A stretch of 64,000 nt of DNA. Origin: Bacillota bacterium. Its GTDB lineage: Bacteria; Bacillota; Clostridia; Oscillospirales; Acutalibacteraceae. The notes under the pieces were generated by a model. The model was not told the DNA's origin. It ran no database searches and worked only from the letters and a program-made list of their open reading frames with translations. The translations under genes and the position numbers were made by a program. Shown here in pieces: positions 19,746 to 30,795 of the stretch. The stretch covers positions 9,519 to 73,518 of the forward strand of contig JAEZCC010000010.1 of NCBI GenBank assembly GCA_023412715.1. Direction: 5' to 3'. Each line of letters opens with the position of its first letter. The first letter of the stretch is position 1.

Positions 19746-20438
19746 TCAGGAATATTTTTTGAATTTGCCGGAATCGTTCCACATGCGATCAAATTCGTCC
19801 CCAAAGTCCTTCGCGACTTTTTCGCTGCTGATGGCGACGAAAACCTCGTCGTTGGAGTTTTCCGCCGCCTTCGTGTAATTGAAGCTTCCGGTCGTCGCCG
19901 TTTTTCCGTCGGCAACGGTCATCTTAAGGTGCATGATTCCGCTGTGCGTGTCCACTTTTACGGGGATGCCCGCGCGGGTCAGCATTTTCAGGACGGTTTT
20001 CTGGCTGCTTGATTCGGACTGCGTCTTGTCGGTGATGACCCTGACGGCGACGCCCCGGTTCTTTGCTTTTATCAGGGCCGACGCGACGTCCTGGTCGGTA
20101 AAGCTGTAGATGGCGACGTCGAGCGTCTGTTTCGCGGCGCCTATGATGCCGATGAGCACGGGCTGCGCCTTCTGGCCTGCGCGCGGAAAATAATACCGGA
20201 TGCCGTCAGCGCCGGAAGAGGATGGCGGAGCCGCAGAGGCCGCGACGTCCACAGATTTGTAGAATCCGGAAACGTCCGGCGCTGCAGAAGAAGAGAAGCC
20301 GCCGGACGAAAGGACTGAGGACTCGCGGTAGGCAAGCCCGTCGGGCGCTGGCGAGCAGGAAAGCAGGACGCCCGCGCAGACCGCCCACACGGCCAGAAGA
20401 GCACCGCATTTTTGCAACAGGGTTCTTTTATTTTTCAA
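19746..20438 (-). CDS. Phospholipase D-family (Nuc-like) nuclease, predicted lipoprotein
   Basis: Single HKD motif HLKMTVAD...TGSFNYT..A...NDE; LDVAIYSFT; lipobox LLSC then Ser/Ala-rich linker; TTG start after GGAGG. Confidence 0.8.
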   Translation of the reverse strand: MKNKRTLLQKCGALLAVWAVCAGVLLSCSPAPDGLAYRESSVLSSGGFSSSAAPDVSGFYKSVDVAASAAPPSSSGADGIRYYFPRAGQKAQPVLIGIIGAAKQTLDVAIYSFTDQDVASALIKAKNRGVAVRVITDKTQSESSSQKTVLKMLTRAGIPVKVDTHSGIMHLKMTVADGKTATTGSFNYTKAAENSNDEVFVAISSEKVAKDFGDEFDRMWNDSGKFKKYS

Positions 20439-20469
20439 AGATGTTTGCCTCCGAGTGAAGAAAAACGGA

Positions 20470-21549
20470 TTATTCACAGCCGAAGCCGATGCCGATCTCT
20501 TTCGCGGTGCGGATCAGCTCGCAGTTTTCGGGAACATTTTTCAGCTTTCCGGCGACCTCGCCGAGCGGCACCGGGACGATGGATCCGTTGCGGATCGCGA
20601 CCATGTTGCCGTATTTTTTCTGCGCAATCAGGTCGGCGGCGGCCGCGCCGAACCTTGTCGAGAGCACCCGGTCGTACGCGCTCGGGCTTCCGCCCCTCTG
20701 AAAATGGCCCGGCACGGTCACGCGGATCTCCCTGTCGGTCGCCTTGCCGATCTCGTCGGCAAGGCGGTAAGAGATGGACGGGTATTTCATTTTTTCGCGG
20801 CTTTCCTTGAATGCTTTTTTGCTCAGGGAGGCTTCCTCGGCGGAGATGGCGCCTTCCGCGACGGCGAGGATGGAAAACCGCTTTCCGCTTTCGGTGCGGC
20901 GGCGGATGGCCTCCGCAACCGATTCGATGCGGTATGGAATCTCAGGCAGCAGAATCACGTCGGCCCCACCGGCGATGCCGGACTGCAGCGTCAGCCACCC
21001 GACCTTATGTCCCATGATCTCCACAATAAAAACGCGCCCGTGCGAGGTCGCCGTCGTATGGATGCAGTCGATCACGTTCGTGGCAATGTCCGCGGCGCTT
21101 GAAAACCCGAACGTCATGTCCGTGCCCCATACGTCGTTGTCTATCGTCTTGGGCAGGGTCACGACGTTCAGCCCCTCTTTCGAGAGGAGGTTCGCGGTCT
21201 TGTGGGTGCCGTTGCCGCCGAGAATCACAAGGCAGTCGAGCTTCATCTTGCTGTAGTTTTCTTTCATGCTCATGACCTTGTCGACGCTGTTGTTGTCGAG
21301 GACCCGCATGTATTTGTAGGGCTGGCGCGACGTGCCCAGTATGGTCCCGCCGACCGTCAGAATGCCGGAAAAGTCGTTCTGGTTCATCAGGTGGTAGTCG
21401 CCCTCGATGAGGCCGCGGTACCCGTCGTGGATGCCGTAGATCTCCGCATCGCTTCCGAATTTGCCGTACAGGGTTTTCCCGATCCCGCGAATCGCCGCGT
21501 TCAGCCCCTGACAGTCTCCGCCGCTCGTTAAAATCCCGATCCTTTTCAC
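20470..21549 (-). CDS. pfkA: 6-phosphofructokinase, PfkA family (mixed-substrate group III type)
   Basis: TSGGDCQGLN, GGTILGTSR, GGNGT, PKTIDND, GHFQRGG. Confidence 0.9.
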   Translation of the reverse strand: MKRIGILTSGGDCQGLNAAIRGIGKTLYGKFGSDAEIYGIHDGYRGLIEGDYHLMNQNDFSGILTVGGTILGTSRQPYKYMRVLDNNSVDKVMSMKENYSKMKLDCLVILGGNGTHKTANLLSKEGLNVVTLPKTIDNDVWGTDMTFGFSSAADIATNVIDCIHTTATSHGRVFIVEIMGHKVGWLTLQSGIAGGADVILLPEIPYRIESVAEAIRRRTESGKRFSILAVAEGAISAEEASLSKKAFKESREKMKYPSISYRLADEIGKATDREIRVTVPGHFQRGGSPSAYDRVLSTRFGAAAADLIAQKKYGNMVAIRNGSIVPVPLGEVAGKLKNVPENCELIRTAKEIGIGFGCE

Positions 21550-21566
21550 AATATCTTCCCCTTCGT

Positions 21567-23702
21567 TTATGGCATTTCACGGGCCGGCGCATTTTCCGTC
21601 CTCGGACTGCGGACCGGTTCGTACCGTTTGGATTCTTCCTGCTGCTGCAGCTTTCTGACGGCGTCCTGCGCCAGCTGGGAAAAGATAAGCTGGCAGTTCT
21701 GCGCGGCCTTTCCCCTCCGGTCCACGCGGACGTAGGTCCCGTCGGAATTCATCACGCGGGTGTTGGTGTTGTCGTTCCACATCTGCTCCAGAATGTCAAA
21801 CGAGCGCTGTTTCAGCACGTCGTCTTCAACGGGGTAGACGAGCTCCACCCGCCGGTCGAGGTTGCGCTGCATCCAGTCCGCGCTGCCCATGAAAATGCGG
21901 GGATTCCCGGCATTCTCAAAGCGGAAGATACGGCTGTGCTCCAGCAGCTGGCCGACGATGCTGTGCACGGTGATATTGTCGCTGATGCCGGACAGGCCGG
22001 GAATGAGGCAGCAGATGCCGCGTACCAGCAGCCGGACCGGAACGCCGGCCCCCGAGACCCTGTAGAGAAGGGCGATGATCTGCGGGTCGACCAGCGAGTT
22101 GATTTTCGCCGTGATGCCGCAGGGAAGGTTCTGCTGCGCGTTGTCTATCTCCCGCTGGATTGTGGTTTCAAAGAAGGACCGCATCCCGTCCGGCGCCACG
22201 ACGAACCGGTTGTATTCCGGCGGGCGGGAATAGCCGGTCAGCACGTTGAAAAGCGACGAGGCGTCCGCGCCGTACGGCTCTTTGCAGGTGAACATCCCGA
22301 TATCGGTGTAGATTTTCGCGGTGGAATCGTTGTAATTTCCGGTGCCCATATGCACGTACCGGCGGATGCCGTCTTCGTCGCGCCGCACGACGAGCAGAAT
22401 CTTGCAGTGGGTCTTCAGGCCGACAAGGCCGTAAATGACATGGCAGCCCGCCTCTTCCAGCTTTTTGGCCCACATCAGGTTGTTTTCTTCGTCGAACCGG
22501 GCCTTCAGTTCCACCAGCACGGTGACCTGCTTTCCGTTTTCCGCCGCCCGTATCAGGGCGGCCACAATGGGGGAGTGGCCGCTGACACGGTAAAGCGTCT
22601 GCTTGATGGCGAGGACGTTCTCGTCCGCGGCGGCGGTCCTGACAAAATCGACGACGGTCTCGAAGCTCTCGTACGGGTGGTGCACCATGCGGTCCCGTTC
22701 GCGTATCGCCCTGAAAATATCGTCGTATCCCCAGAAATCGGAGGGCGGGTAAACAGGCTGTATCGGCTTGAAGCGGAGCGGCTCGAACTGCGGCTGGGCG
22801 GCAAACTTCGAGCAGAAGGTCAGGTCCAGAGGCCCGGGGATGCGGTAGATGTCGTCGTCGCTGATTTCAAGCATGTCCTTGAGGAAAAGCAGCGTTTCCC
22901 TGTCGTGCTTTAAAGAGATCTCAAGCCGGACCGGTTTGCCGCGCTTGCGCTTTTTGATGGATTCCCGGACTTCGCTCAGCAGGTCTTCCGTGTCTTCGTC
23001 CAGTTCGAAATCGGAATTGCGCGTGATGCGGAACGCGCAGGCCGAGCGGATGTCGTTCAGCTCGAACAGCTCTTCCAGCTTATAGATGATGACGTTTTCA
23101 AGCAGCGCGAAAGTCTTCCCGCTTCCCGAAGGGATCTGGAGATACCTCGAGAGGATGGACGGCACCTGCACGACGGCAAAATAGGATTCCCCGTCCCGAT
23201 CCAGCCGGACGGCGATGTTCAGGCTTTTGTTCGCGAGCAGGGGAAACGGCCGGCTCTTGTCCACGGCGAGCGGCGTCAGCACGGGGAAAAGGACCTTGCC
23301 GAAGTAGTCGGCCACGTACTGCTTCTGCTCCTCGTCCATTTCCTCGGGGGCGAGAAAGCGGATCGACGCCCGGCGCAGCACCGGCATGATGGAGCGGTTC
23401 AGGCAGGAATACTGCTTCTCTGCGAACGCATGGATCTTGGCGGAGAGGACGGGAAGCACCTCAATGGGGGTCAGCCCGGACGGATCGCGCGTCAGATATT
23501 TTGATTCGACCTGCTCTTTGACCCCGGCGACCCGTACCATGAAGAACTCGTCGAGGTTTGAAGCGGTAATGCCGAGAAATTTCATCCTTTCCATAATGGG
23601 GTTCTCTTTTTTGAAGGCTTCTTCCAGCACCCGGCTGTTAAAATCCATCCAGCTGAGTTCCCGGTTGATATATGGGACTTTTTCAGAGATTTCGTCTGGC
23701 AT
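21567..23702 (-). CDS. ppk1: Polyphosphate kinase 1
   Basis: NRELSW, SNLDEFFMVRV, HHPYESF, IKQTLYR, ELKARFDE, KTHCK, LEHSR. Confidence 0.96.
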   Translation of the reverse strand: MPDEISEKVPYINRELSWMDFNSRVLEEAFKKENPIMERMKFLGITASNLDEFFMVRVAGVKEQVESKYLTRDPSGLTPIEVLPVLSAKIHAFAEKQYSCLNRSIMPVLRRASIRFLAPEEMDEEQKQYVADYFGKVLFPVLTPLAVDKSRPFPLLANKSLNIAVRLDRDGESYFAVVQVPSILSRYLQIPSGSGKTFALLENVIIYKLEELFELNDIRSACAFRITRNSDFELDEDTEDLLSEVRESIKKRKRGKPVRLEISLKHDRETLLFLKDMLEISDDDIYRIPGPLDLTFCSKFAAQPQFEPLRFKPIQPVYPPSDFWGYDDIFRAIRERDRMVHHPYESFETVVDFVRTAAADENVLAIKQTLYRVSGHSPIVAALIRAAENGKQVTVLVELKARFDEENNLMWAKKLEEAGCHVIYGLVGLKTHCKILLVVRRDEDGIRRYVHMGTGNYNDSTAKIYTDIGMFTCKEPYGADASSLFNVLTGYSRPPEYNRFVVAPDGMRSFFETTIQREIDNAQQNLPCGITAKINSLVDPQIIALLYRVSGAGVPVRLLVRGICCLIPGLSGISDNITVHSIVGQLLEHSRIFRFENAGNPRIFMGSADWMQRNLDRRVELVYPVEDDVLKQRSFDILEQMWNDNTNTRVMNSDGTYVRVDRRGKAAQNCQLIFSQLAQDAVRKLQQQEESKRYEPVRSPRTENAPAREMP

Positions 23703-23741
23703 TGTGTCACATCCTTTTATTTTGAAAGGCGGCGCGCGCCG

Positions 23742-25295
23742 TCATATCAGCCCGGACTGGATGGAAAGCTCCGGGTGAAAGCCGAAAACCTCCTGAAAGA
23801 AGGGCGCGCATTGCTGGAAGGCCCATTTCTCCAGGTGAAGGTCGGCGTCGCTTCGGGCGGAAATCAGCAGGCGGTTGTTCTCCTGCCTGACAGAGATGTC
23901 CTTGAGCTTCTGCTTCTGCGATTTGTCGAGCGCGTTCGCCAGGCGGAAAATGGCGACCAGCTTCGCGACGATCAGCCGTTTTTCTTCGTTCAGGCCCTCG
24001 ATGCCCGGCTCGTCGTAATTCGGCGCGTCGTCGTCGTTGTACCTTGCGACATAGGCGGTGATCATCATTTCTTCGTCGGTCATGCCGTAAATGTCCATGT
24101 CCTTGATAAGGTCGAACGAGTTCAGCAGATGCTGGTTCACGGTGACGTAATAGCCGCACTCGTGAAGAATGGCCGCAAGTTCCAGAAGAAGGCGCTTTCT
24201 CCGGTCCAGGCCGTGGGAATCCTTCATCTTGTCGAAAATCTTGCAGGCAAATTTGCGGATGCACTCTGCGTGCTTCTGGTTGCAGTGGTACGCGGTCGCG
24301 ATGTTCTGCGCGCAGGAGATCGCGCTGATTCGCACCTGCTCCCAGAACTTGTTTTCGCTTTTCGGGACCAGCATGTGCTCAATCAGCGTGTCCCACAGCT
24401 CGGCCTTCGGGAAAATGACCTTGTCGGAGGAAGAGAAATCCATCAGCTGAAGCGCGATGGCGAGCGACGAGTACAGCAGGTCGGCAGTTTCTTCGGAAAG
24501 GCCGTACCGGATGCCTATTTTTTCCTGCGGAATGGAGCAGATCTGGCGGAAGAGATCTTTCAGCCTGTCCGCCCCGATTTCGAAGCAGTCTTCGGAAGAG
24601 TTCACGTTGCAGACCCTGGCGATCAGCTGAACGCCGCTTCCGGTCAGCACAAGATTTGTGACGCGGCCCGTTTCGGAGGGGATGGAGATATGCCCGAAGA
24701 CGGTGTGAAGGTACTCCTCCACGACCGCGTAAAAATTGTCGGTATCGTTCTGAACGTCGCCGAGCATCTCGTGCAGCTTGATGGAACCCATCGGTATATT
24801 CTGCGAGAATATCATTTTGGAGCCGTCGTACACGGCGAACCCGATGGTCCCGGCCCCGATATACGCAATCAGCGCGCTTTCGCTTTTTTTGTCCTCCGCG
24901 CTGCTCAGGTATTCCAGGACCTTGGAGTAAATCAGAGCTTTTTCCTGGCTTTCCTCCAGAATTTCCACCGTCATGTCGTTCTGGATTTTCAGCTGATCGA
25001 TTACGTAGGAGCGGTTTCGGGCCTCCCGCAGGGCGGTGGTGGCCACGACCCGGTACTGGTCGGTGCCGTATTCCTTCATAATTTCGCCGTAGCCTTTCAG
25101 CAGGTCCGAAAGTTCGCGCAGGCTCTCAAAGCTGATTTTTTCCGCGGTGAACACTTCATGCCCGAGGCGGACCGGCTTTTCCAGACGGTCAAGGTCCGAA
25201 ATCTCCTTTTTTTTCAGCTGGGAAATCCGCATTCTGAGCAAATTGGAGTCAATGTCTACGACAGCCGCCACGCGGCCGCTCTTTTTCCGGTTCAT
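23742..25295 (-). CDS. Ppx/GppA-family protein with HD domain, degenerate motifs
   Basis: VDIDSN, ATTALREARN, AILHECG, RLANALD; canonical DIGGGSTE appears as YIGAGTIG. Confidence 0.8.
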   Translation of the reverse strand: MNRKKSGRVAAVVDIDSNLLRMRISQLKKKEISDLDRLEKPVRLGHEVFTAEKISFESLRELSDLLKGYGEIMKEYGTDQYRVVATTALREARNRSYVIDQLKIQNDMTVEILEESQEKALIYSKVLEYLSSAEDKKSESALIAYIGAGTIGFAVYDGSKMIFSQNIPMGSIKLHEMLGDVQNDTDNFYAVVEEYLHTVFGHISIPSETGRVTNLVLTGSGVQLIARVCNVNSSEDCFEIGADRLKDLFRQICSIPQEKIGIRYGLSEETADLLYSSLAIALQLMDFSSSDKVIFPKAELWDTLIEHMLVPKSENKFWEQVRISAISCAQNIATAYHCNQKHAECIRKFACKIFDKMKDSHGLDRRKRLLLELAAILHECGYYVTVNQHLLNSFDLIKDMDIYGMTDEEMMITAYVARYNDDDAPNYDEPGIEGLNEEKRLIVAKLVAIFRLANALDKSQKQKLKDISVRQENNRLLISARSDADLHLEKWAFQQCAPFFQEVFGFHPELSIQSGLI

Positions 25296-25490
25296 GACCC
25301 AACTTCCTTTCTTCCGGCGACAAAATCCATTGTGATTATAGCAAAAAAAGCCTTTATTGGCAATTCTTAAAACCGGCCGGGCACACGGTAATTGCGGCCT
25401 CGCGCAAATAATTTGGTATTTCAGACATTCTTATGATATACTATTCCCATACTTAGGCGGATTGAACGATGATTAAAGGACGGTTTGCAT

Positions 25491-26780
25491 ATGAGACGCA
25501 ATGAACGGGTGATGAAAACACACGGAAAGTCTGGACGGAAAAAATTCCTGCGGCCTCTGCTTCTGCTCGCCGCGGCGGCAGTCTGTGTGGTCCTGGTCCT
25601 TTTCTACGGCCCGGAGAACCGGGCCTGGACGAAACTTCTGCCGGGACAGGCCTCTCAGCCGGCGTCGTCTGCGGCTCAGACGTCCTCGCAGGACGTCAAA
25701 GCCTCTTCCCCGCCGAGTTCGGCGGCGCCGAAAGACGTTTCCATCACCATTCTCGGCGCGGGCGACGACCTGATTCACAGCTCCATCTATAAGCAGGCCC
25801 AGCAGCGCGCCGGGGGAAACGGGTATGATTTTGCGCCCGTTTACGCGCACGTGGCCGACCAGGTCAGAAGCGCCGACGTCGCCGTCATCAATCAGGAGAC
25901 GCCGCTGGCCGGCAGGGTGCTGCCGCCGTCCAATTATCCTCTTTTCAACTCGCCGACCGAGGTGGGCGACGCCCTGGTCAATATCGGGTTCGACGTGATC
26001 AACCACGCGAACAACCATATCCTCGACAAGGGCGAAAAGGGAATCAAGGCGACGCTGGATTACTGGGACACCAAGCCCGTCGAGGTGACGGGCGTCTACC
26101 GGAATGACGAGGATCTTCAGAATATTCGAATCGTCGAGAAAAAAGGCATCAAAACGGCGTATCTCGGCGTCACGGAGATGACGAACGGCCTGTATCTGCC
26201 CAAAGGGTCGCAGTACCGCATTGTCTATGCAGACGATACTGAGCTGATCCGGCAGCTGATCCAGAAAGCGAAAAGCATGGCGGACGTGGTCGTGGTCTCC
26301 GTCCACTGGGGGACCGAGGACACGTACACGCTGACGGAGAAGCAGAAAACGCTGGCGCAGCAGATGGTCGACTGGGGCGCGGACATCATTTTCGGCAACC
26401 ACCCGCATGTCGTTCAGCAGCTGACGGTGCTGACCCGGCCTTCCGACGGCGCGAAGTGCCCCGTCATTTTTGCCCTCGGCAATTTTGTTTCCGCGCAGCA
26501 GTCGGGCAAGAACATGGTCAGCGGGTTCCTCACCGTCACCATGACGAAAAGCGGGACAACCGGAAAGACTGCGTACACCTCGATGGAATTCACCCCGCTC
26601 GTCACGCACTACGGCAGCAAATACTCGAACATCACCGTCTACCCGTTCAGCGAGTACACCGACGCAATGGCGGCGCAGCACGGCGTGCGGGCGTTTACCC
26701 CGAGCTTCGGCCGCTCGTTTGTCCAGAACATCATCGACCAGAGCATCCCCAAAAAATATCAGAACCGGTTCGCCGCGTAG
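25491..26780 (+). CDS. CapA/PGA_cap family metallophosphatase-like membrane-anchored protein
   Basis: N-terminal TM; GDDLIH, NQET, ANNHILD, HWGTE, GNHPHV, LGNF. Confidence 0.85.
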   Translation: MRRNERVMKTHGKSGRKKFLRPLLLLAAAAVCVVLVLFYGPENRAWTKLLPGQASQPASSAAQTSSQDVKASSPPSSAAPKDVSITILGAGDDLIHSSIYKQAQQRAGGNGYDFAPVYAHVADQVRSADVAVINQETPLAGRVLPPSNYPLFNSPTEVGDALVNIGFDVINHANNHILDKGEKGIKATLDYWDTKPVEVTGVYRNDEDLQNIRIVEKKGIKTAYLGVTEMTNGLYLPKGSQYRIVYADDTELIRQLIQKAKSMADVVVVSVHWGTEDTYTLTEKQKTLAQQMVDWGADIIFGNHPHVVQQLTVLTRPSDGAKCPVIFALGNFVSAQQSGKNMVSGFLTVTMTKSGTTGKTAYTSMEFTPLVTHYGSKYSNITVYPFSEYTDAMAAQHGVRAFTPSFGRSFVQNIIDQSIPKKYQNRFAA

Positions 26781-26804
26781 GCGCCTGCCGGGAAAAGTTC
26801 CGCC

Positions 26805-26833
26805 TTGACAAAATTGACGAAATGTGGTATCAT
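26805..26833 (+). promoter_or_regulatory. sigma-A promoter of the rplU operon
   Basis: TTGACA-N17-TATCAT with extended TG. Confidence 0.75.
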
Positions 26834-26837
26834 TCTT

Positions 26838-26890
26838 AAGCCGCTTACTACGGGCTATGAAGAGGGAAACCCGCCCGGCAGTAGCGAGAT
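26838..26890 (+). ncRNA. Candidate L21 ribosomal protein leader
   Basis: Stem CGCT-TACT-CGGGC...GCCCG-AGT-AGCG ending in GCGAG in the 5' UTR of rplU, the position of the Firmicutes L21 leader. Confidence 0.6.
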
Positions 26891-26916
26891 TATTGGAAAA
26901 GGCAGGACCTTTATTC

Positions 26917-27225
26917 ATGTTTGCAGTGATTGAATCCGGCGGCAAGCAGTACAAGGTGGCAAAGGACGACGTCATCTTCGTCGAAAAGCTTGCATCCGAA
27001 AAAGACAGCACGGTCGAGTTCAAGGTGCTGGCCCTGAACGGCGACGACGGGCTGAAAGTCGGCACCCCTTATCTTGAGGGCGCCACCGTGACGGGCAAAG
27101 TCCTGAAAAACGGGAAGTCCCCGAAAATCACGGTCTTCACCTATAAGTCGAAGAAGAACGAAAAGCGTAAAATGGGCCACAGGCAGCCTTACACGAAGGT
27201 TCAGATCGAAGCCATCAACGCCTGA
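26917..27225 (+). CDS. rplU: 50S ribosomal protein L21
   Basis: [14 protein letters not shown]...GHRQPYT. Confidence 0.96.
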   Translation: MFAVIESGGKQYKVAKDDVIFVEKLASEKDSTVEFKVLALNGDDGLKVGTPYLEGATVTGKVLKNGKSPKITVFTYKSKKNEKRKMGHRQPYTKVQIEAINA

Positions 27226-27228
27226 GCC

Positions 27229-27546
27229 ATGATTCGGGCAGAATTTTTTTCGCAGGCCGGCAGGCCGGTTGGTTTCCGTCTGAAAGGGCACTCCGGCTAT
27301 TCCTGTGAGGGAAGCGATATCGTCTGTGCTGCGGTTTCTTCCGCGGCATACCTTGCGGCCAATACCATTACGGACGTTGCGGGCAGCGCCGCGGACGTCA
27401 CTGCGGAGGACGGCGTCATGTTCCTCAAGCTGTTTTCCCCCGGCGACGCCGTCGCGGGCGCAGTACTCAAGGGCTTCCGGCTTCATATGGAAGGCCTGCA
27501 GAGACAGTATCCCCAGAATATTGAAATAACAGACACGGAGGTGTAA
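27229..27546 (+). CDS. prp: Ribosomal-processing cysteine protease Prp (YsxB)
   Basis: GHSGY...DIVCAAVS catalytic His/Cys; located between rplU and rpmA. Confidence 0.92.
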   Translation: MIRAEFFSQAGRPVGFRLKGHSGYSCEGSDIVCAAVSSAAYLAANTITDVAGSAADVTAEDGVMFLKLFSPGDAVAGAVLKGFRLHMEGLQRQYPQNIEITDTEV

Positions 27547-27550
27547 ACAA

Positions 27551-27835
27551 ATGTTGAAGATAAACATTCAGCTGTTTGCTCATAAAAAGGGAATGGGCTC
27601 CACGAAGAACGGGCGCGATTCCGAATCCAAACGTCTCGGCGTAAAGCGCGCGGACGGCCAGTTCGTGCTTGCGGGCAACATCCTTGTCAAGCAGCGCGGA
27701 ACGCATATCCATCCGGGCGAGAATGTCGGCATCGGCTCCGACGATTCCCTGTTTGCTCTGGTCGACGGGAAAGTGAAGTTTGAGCATCTGGGCCGCGACC
27801 GCAAAAAGGTCAGCGTCTATCAGGCCGAGCAGTAA
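27551..27835 (+). CDS. rpmA: 50S ribosomal protein L27 with N-terminal Prp-cleaved extension
   Basis: [24 protein letters not shown]. Confidence 0.96.
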   Translation: MLKINIQLFAHKKGMGSTKNGRDSESKRLGVKRADGQFVLAGNILVKQRGTHIHPGENVGIGSDDSLFALVDGKVKFEHLGRDRKKVSVYQAEQ

Positions 27836-27863
27836 CGGTTGTACCGGAGAATCTGAGAAAGCA

Positions 27864-27893
27864 ATCCCGGGTGTTTTCGCCCGGGATTTTTTT
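27864..27893 (+). terminator. Intrinsic terminator after rpmA
   Basis: ATCCCGGG / CCCGGGAT followed by T-run. Confidence 0.7.
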
Positions 27894-27914
27894 CGTATTT
27901 TACGCGCAGAATAA

Positions 27915-29210
<1,296 letters not shown>

Positions 29211-29221
29211 GGGGCGGCGGG

Positions 29222-29614
29222 TTGAAACAGTTTTCTGGCCCTGCATGTGACCCAAAACAGTTAAGTCCGCTCGCGCTTGCCTTTCTCGGCGACGCCGTGT
29301 ATGAGATTCTGGTGCGCGAGCGCCTGGTTCGCATGGGCAGCCGGCCGTCTTCGGAGCTTCACAGGCTTTCGGTCGCCCAGGTCTGCTGCCGGGCCCAAGC
29401 CCTGGCGTCGGAAAAGCTGGCGCCGGTTCTCACCGAAGAGGAAGCGGAAATTTTTCGCCGGGGTAAGAATGCGCGTCCCGGGCATATCCCCAGAAATGCC
29501 GACCAGCAGGACTATCATCTGGCGACGGCGCTGGAAGCGCTGTTCGGATATTTGTACTTAAACGGGCGGAATGACCGGATCCGGGAGATCTTTGACGTGA
29601 TCTGCGATCAATAA
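29222..29614 (+). CDS. mrnC: Mini-ribonuclease III
   Basis: LALAFLGDAVYE, RRGKNA, ATALEALFGYLYL. Confidence 0.9.
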   Translation: MKQFSGPACDPKQLSPLALAFLGDAVYEILVRERLVRMGSRPSSELHRLSVAQVCCRAQALASEKLAPVLTEEEAEIFRRGKNARPGHIPRNADQQDYHLATALEALFGYLYLNGRNDRIREIFDVICDQ

Positions 29615-29631
29615 GTAAGGAGGAAAATCTT

Positions 29632-30561
29632 ATGCCGTTGGCTGTGACTGCCGGACGCCGGCACAGGGAAATTCTGAAGGACCTTGTTTTCTGCCTTGTG
29701 GGAAGCGCGCTGATGGCGCTTTCCATCCGTATGTTCACGGCCCCGAACCACATTGCGCCCGGCGGAGTCTCCGGCATCAGTACGGTGGTCAATTACCTGA
29801 CCGGCCTGCCCATCGGCGTGCTGACGCTGCTGTTCAACGTGCCTATTTTTTTCTTTGCCTTTCTTGAAATCGGGTACAAGCTGGTCATCAAGAGCGCTGT
29901 GGCGACGGTGATTCTTGCCTTTGCCATCGACCTCATCGGCCTCGTCGTGCACCCGTACAGCGGCAGCCCCATGCTGGCGGCGATCTTCGGAGGCTGCCTC
30001 GAAGGCCTTGGCCTCTCTCTTATCTTCATGCGCGGGGCGACGACAGGGGGCACCGACCTCATTGCGCGTCTTTTGGGCAGGCGCTTCCGCTTCCTTTCCA
30101 TCGGCAGGCTGATGCGGTCGGTCGACTTTGTCATCGTCGCGTTTTCCGCAGTCGTTTACAACAGCATCGACAACGCCCTTTACGCCTTCATCGCCATTTT
30201 TGTGTCGACCCAGCTGGTCGATACCGTCCTTTACGGCACGGATATCGGGACCGGCAAGATGCTGCTGATTATCTCTGAGAAAAGCAAAGAGATTGCGAAA
30301 GAGATTATCGGCAGCGTCGACCGCGGCGTGACCCTGCTGGACGGGCACGGGGCGTACAGCGGCAGGGAGAGCGAGGTAATCCTCAGTGCAGTGCGCCGGT
30401 ATGAGGTCGCCCATGTCAAGGATATCGTTTACGCCATTGACCCGCGCGCTTTTATCATTGTCGGCGACGCGGGGGAGATTTCGGGAGAGGGCTTCCGCAC
30501 CATCCGCGAGAACGACAAAACGCTGAAGCAGCTTGTGCGGGACCATAAGTCGAAAGACTGA
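29632..30561 (+). CDS. YitT family membrane protein (DUF161/DUF2179)
   Basis: APGGVSGI, GATTGGTD, RGVTLLDGHGAYS, IDPRAFI. Confidence 0.9.
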   Translation: MPLAVTAGRRHREILKDLVFCLVGSALMALSIRMFTAPNHIAPGGVSGISTVVNYLTGLPIGVLTLLFNVPIFFFAFLEIGYKLVIKSAVATVILAFAIDLIGLVVHPYSGSPMLAAIFGGCLEGLGLSLIFMRGATTGGTDLIARLLGRRFRFLSIGRLMRSVDFVIVAFSAVVYNSIDNALYAFIAIFVSTQLVDTVLYGTDIGTGKMLLIISEKSKEIAKEIIGSVDRGVTLLDGHGAYSGRESEVILSAVRRYEVAHVKDIVYAIDPRAFIIVGDAGEISGEGFRTIRENDKTLKQLVRDHKSKD

Positions 30562-30603
30562 AAACAGGCGGTTCCTCCGCGTAAGCGAAGGACCGCCTGT
30601 TTT
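30561..30603. terminator. Bidirectional terminator between yitT and the small minus-strand ORF
   Basis: AAAACAGGCGGT...ACCGCCTGTTTT. Confidence 0.75.
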
Positions 30604-30612
30604 CCCGAAAAA

Positions 30613-30771
30613 TCAGTCCTTGCAGTTTTTTCCGTCAACGGAATCGCTGCACTGCGTGCCGCTTCTCCTGTTCTGGGCCTCGTTGCTGTAAGAAGAATTT
30701 CCCTTTTTCGACCCGCCGTCCTGTTTGCCCGAATTGTTTTTGTTCTTGTTCTGGGATTGTTTGTTGTCCAA
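30613..30771 (-). CDS. Unannotated 52-aa hydrophilic Asn/Lys/Ser/Gln-rich small protein (candidate small spore protein)
   Basis: TTG start after SD AAGGGGGTG; MDNKQSQNKNKNNSGKQDGGSKKGNSSYSNEAQNRRSGTQCSDSVDGKNCKD; sigG-like promoter upstream; terminator downstream. Confidence 0.7.
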   Translation of the reverse strand: MDNKQSQNKNKNNSGKQDGGSKKGNSSYSNEAQNRRSGTQCSDSVDGKNCKD

Positions 30772-30795
30772 ACACATTCACCCCCTTTTGTGCCT

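Noticed and set aside
26815..26821. TGACGAA Spo0A-box-like heptamer in the rplU promoter spacer
   Set aside because: A single degenerate 7-mer is expected by chance
27551..27577. N-terminal extension on L27
   Set aside because: Known Firmicutes feature removed by the adjacent Prp protease; not novel
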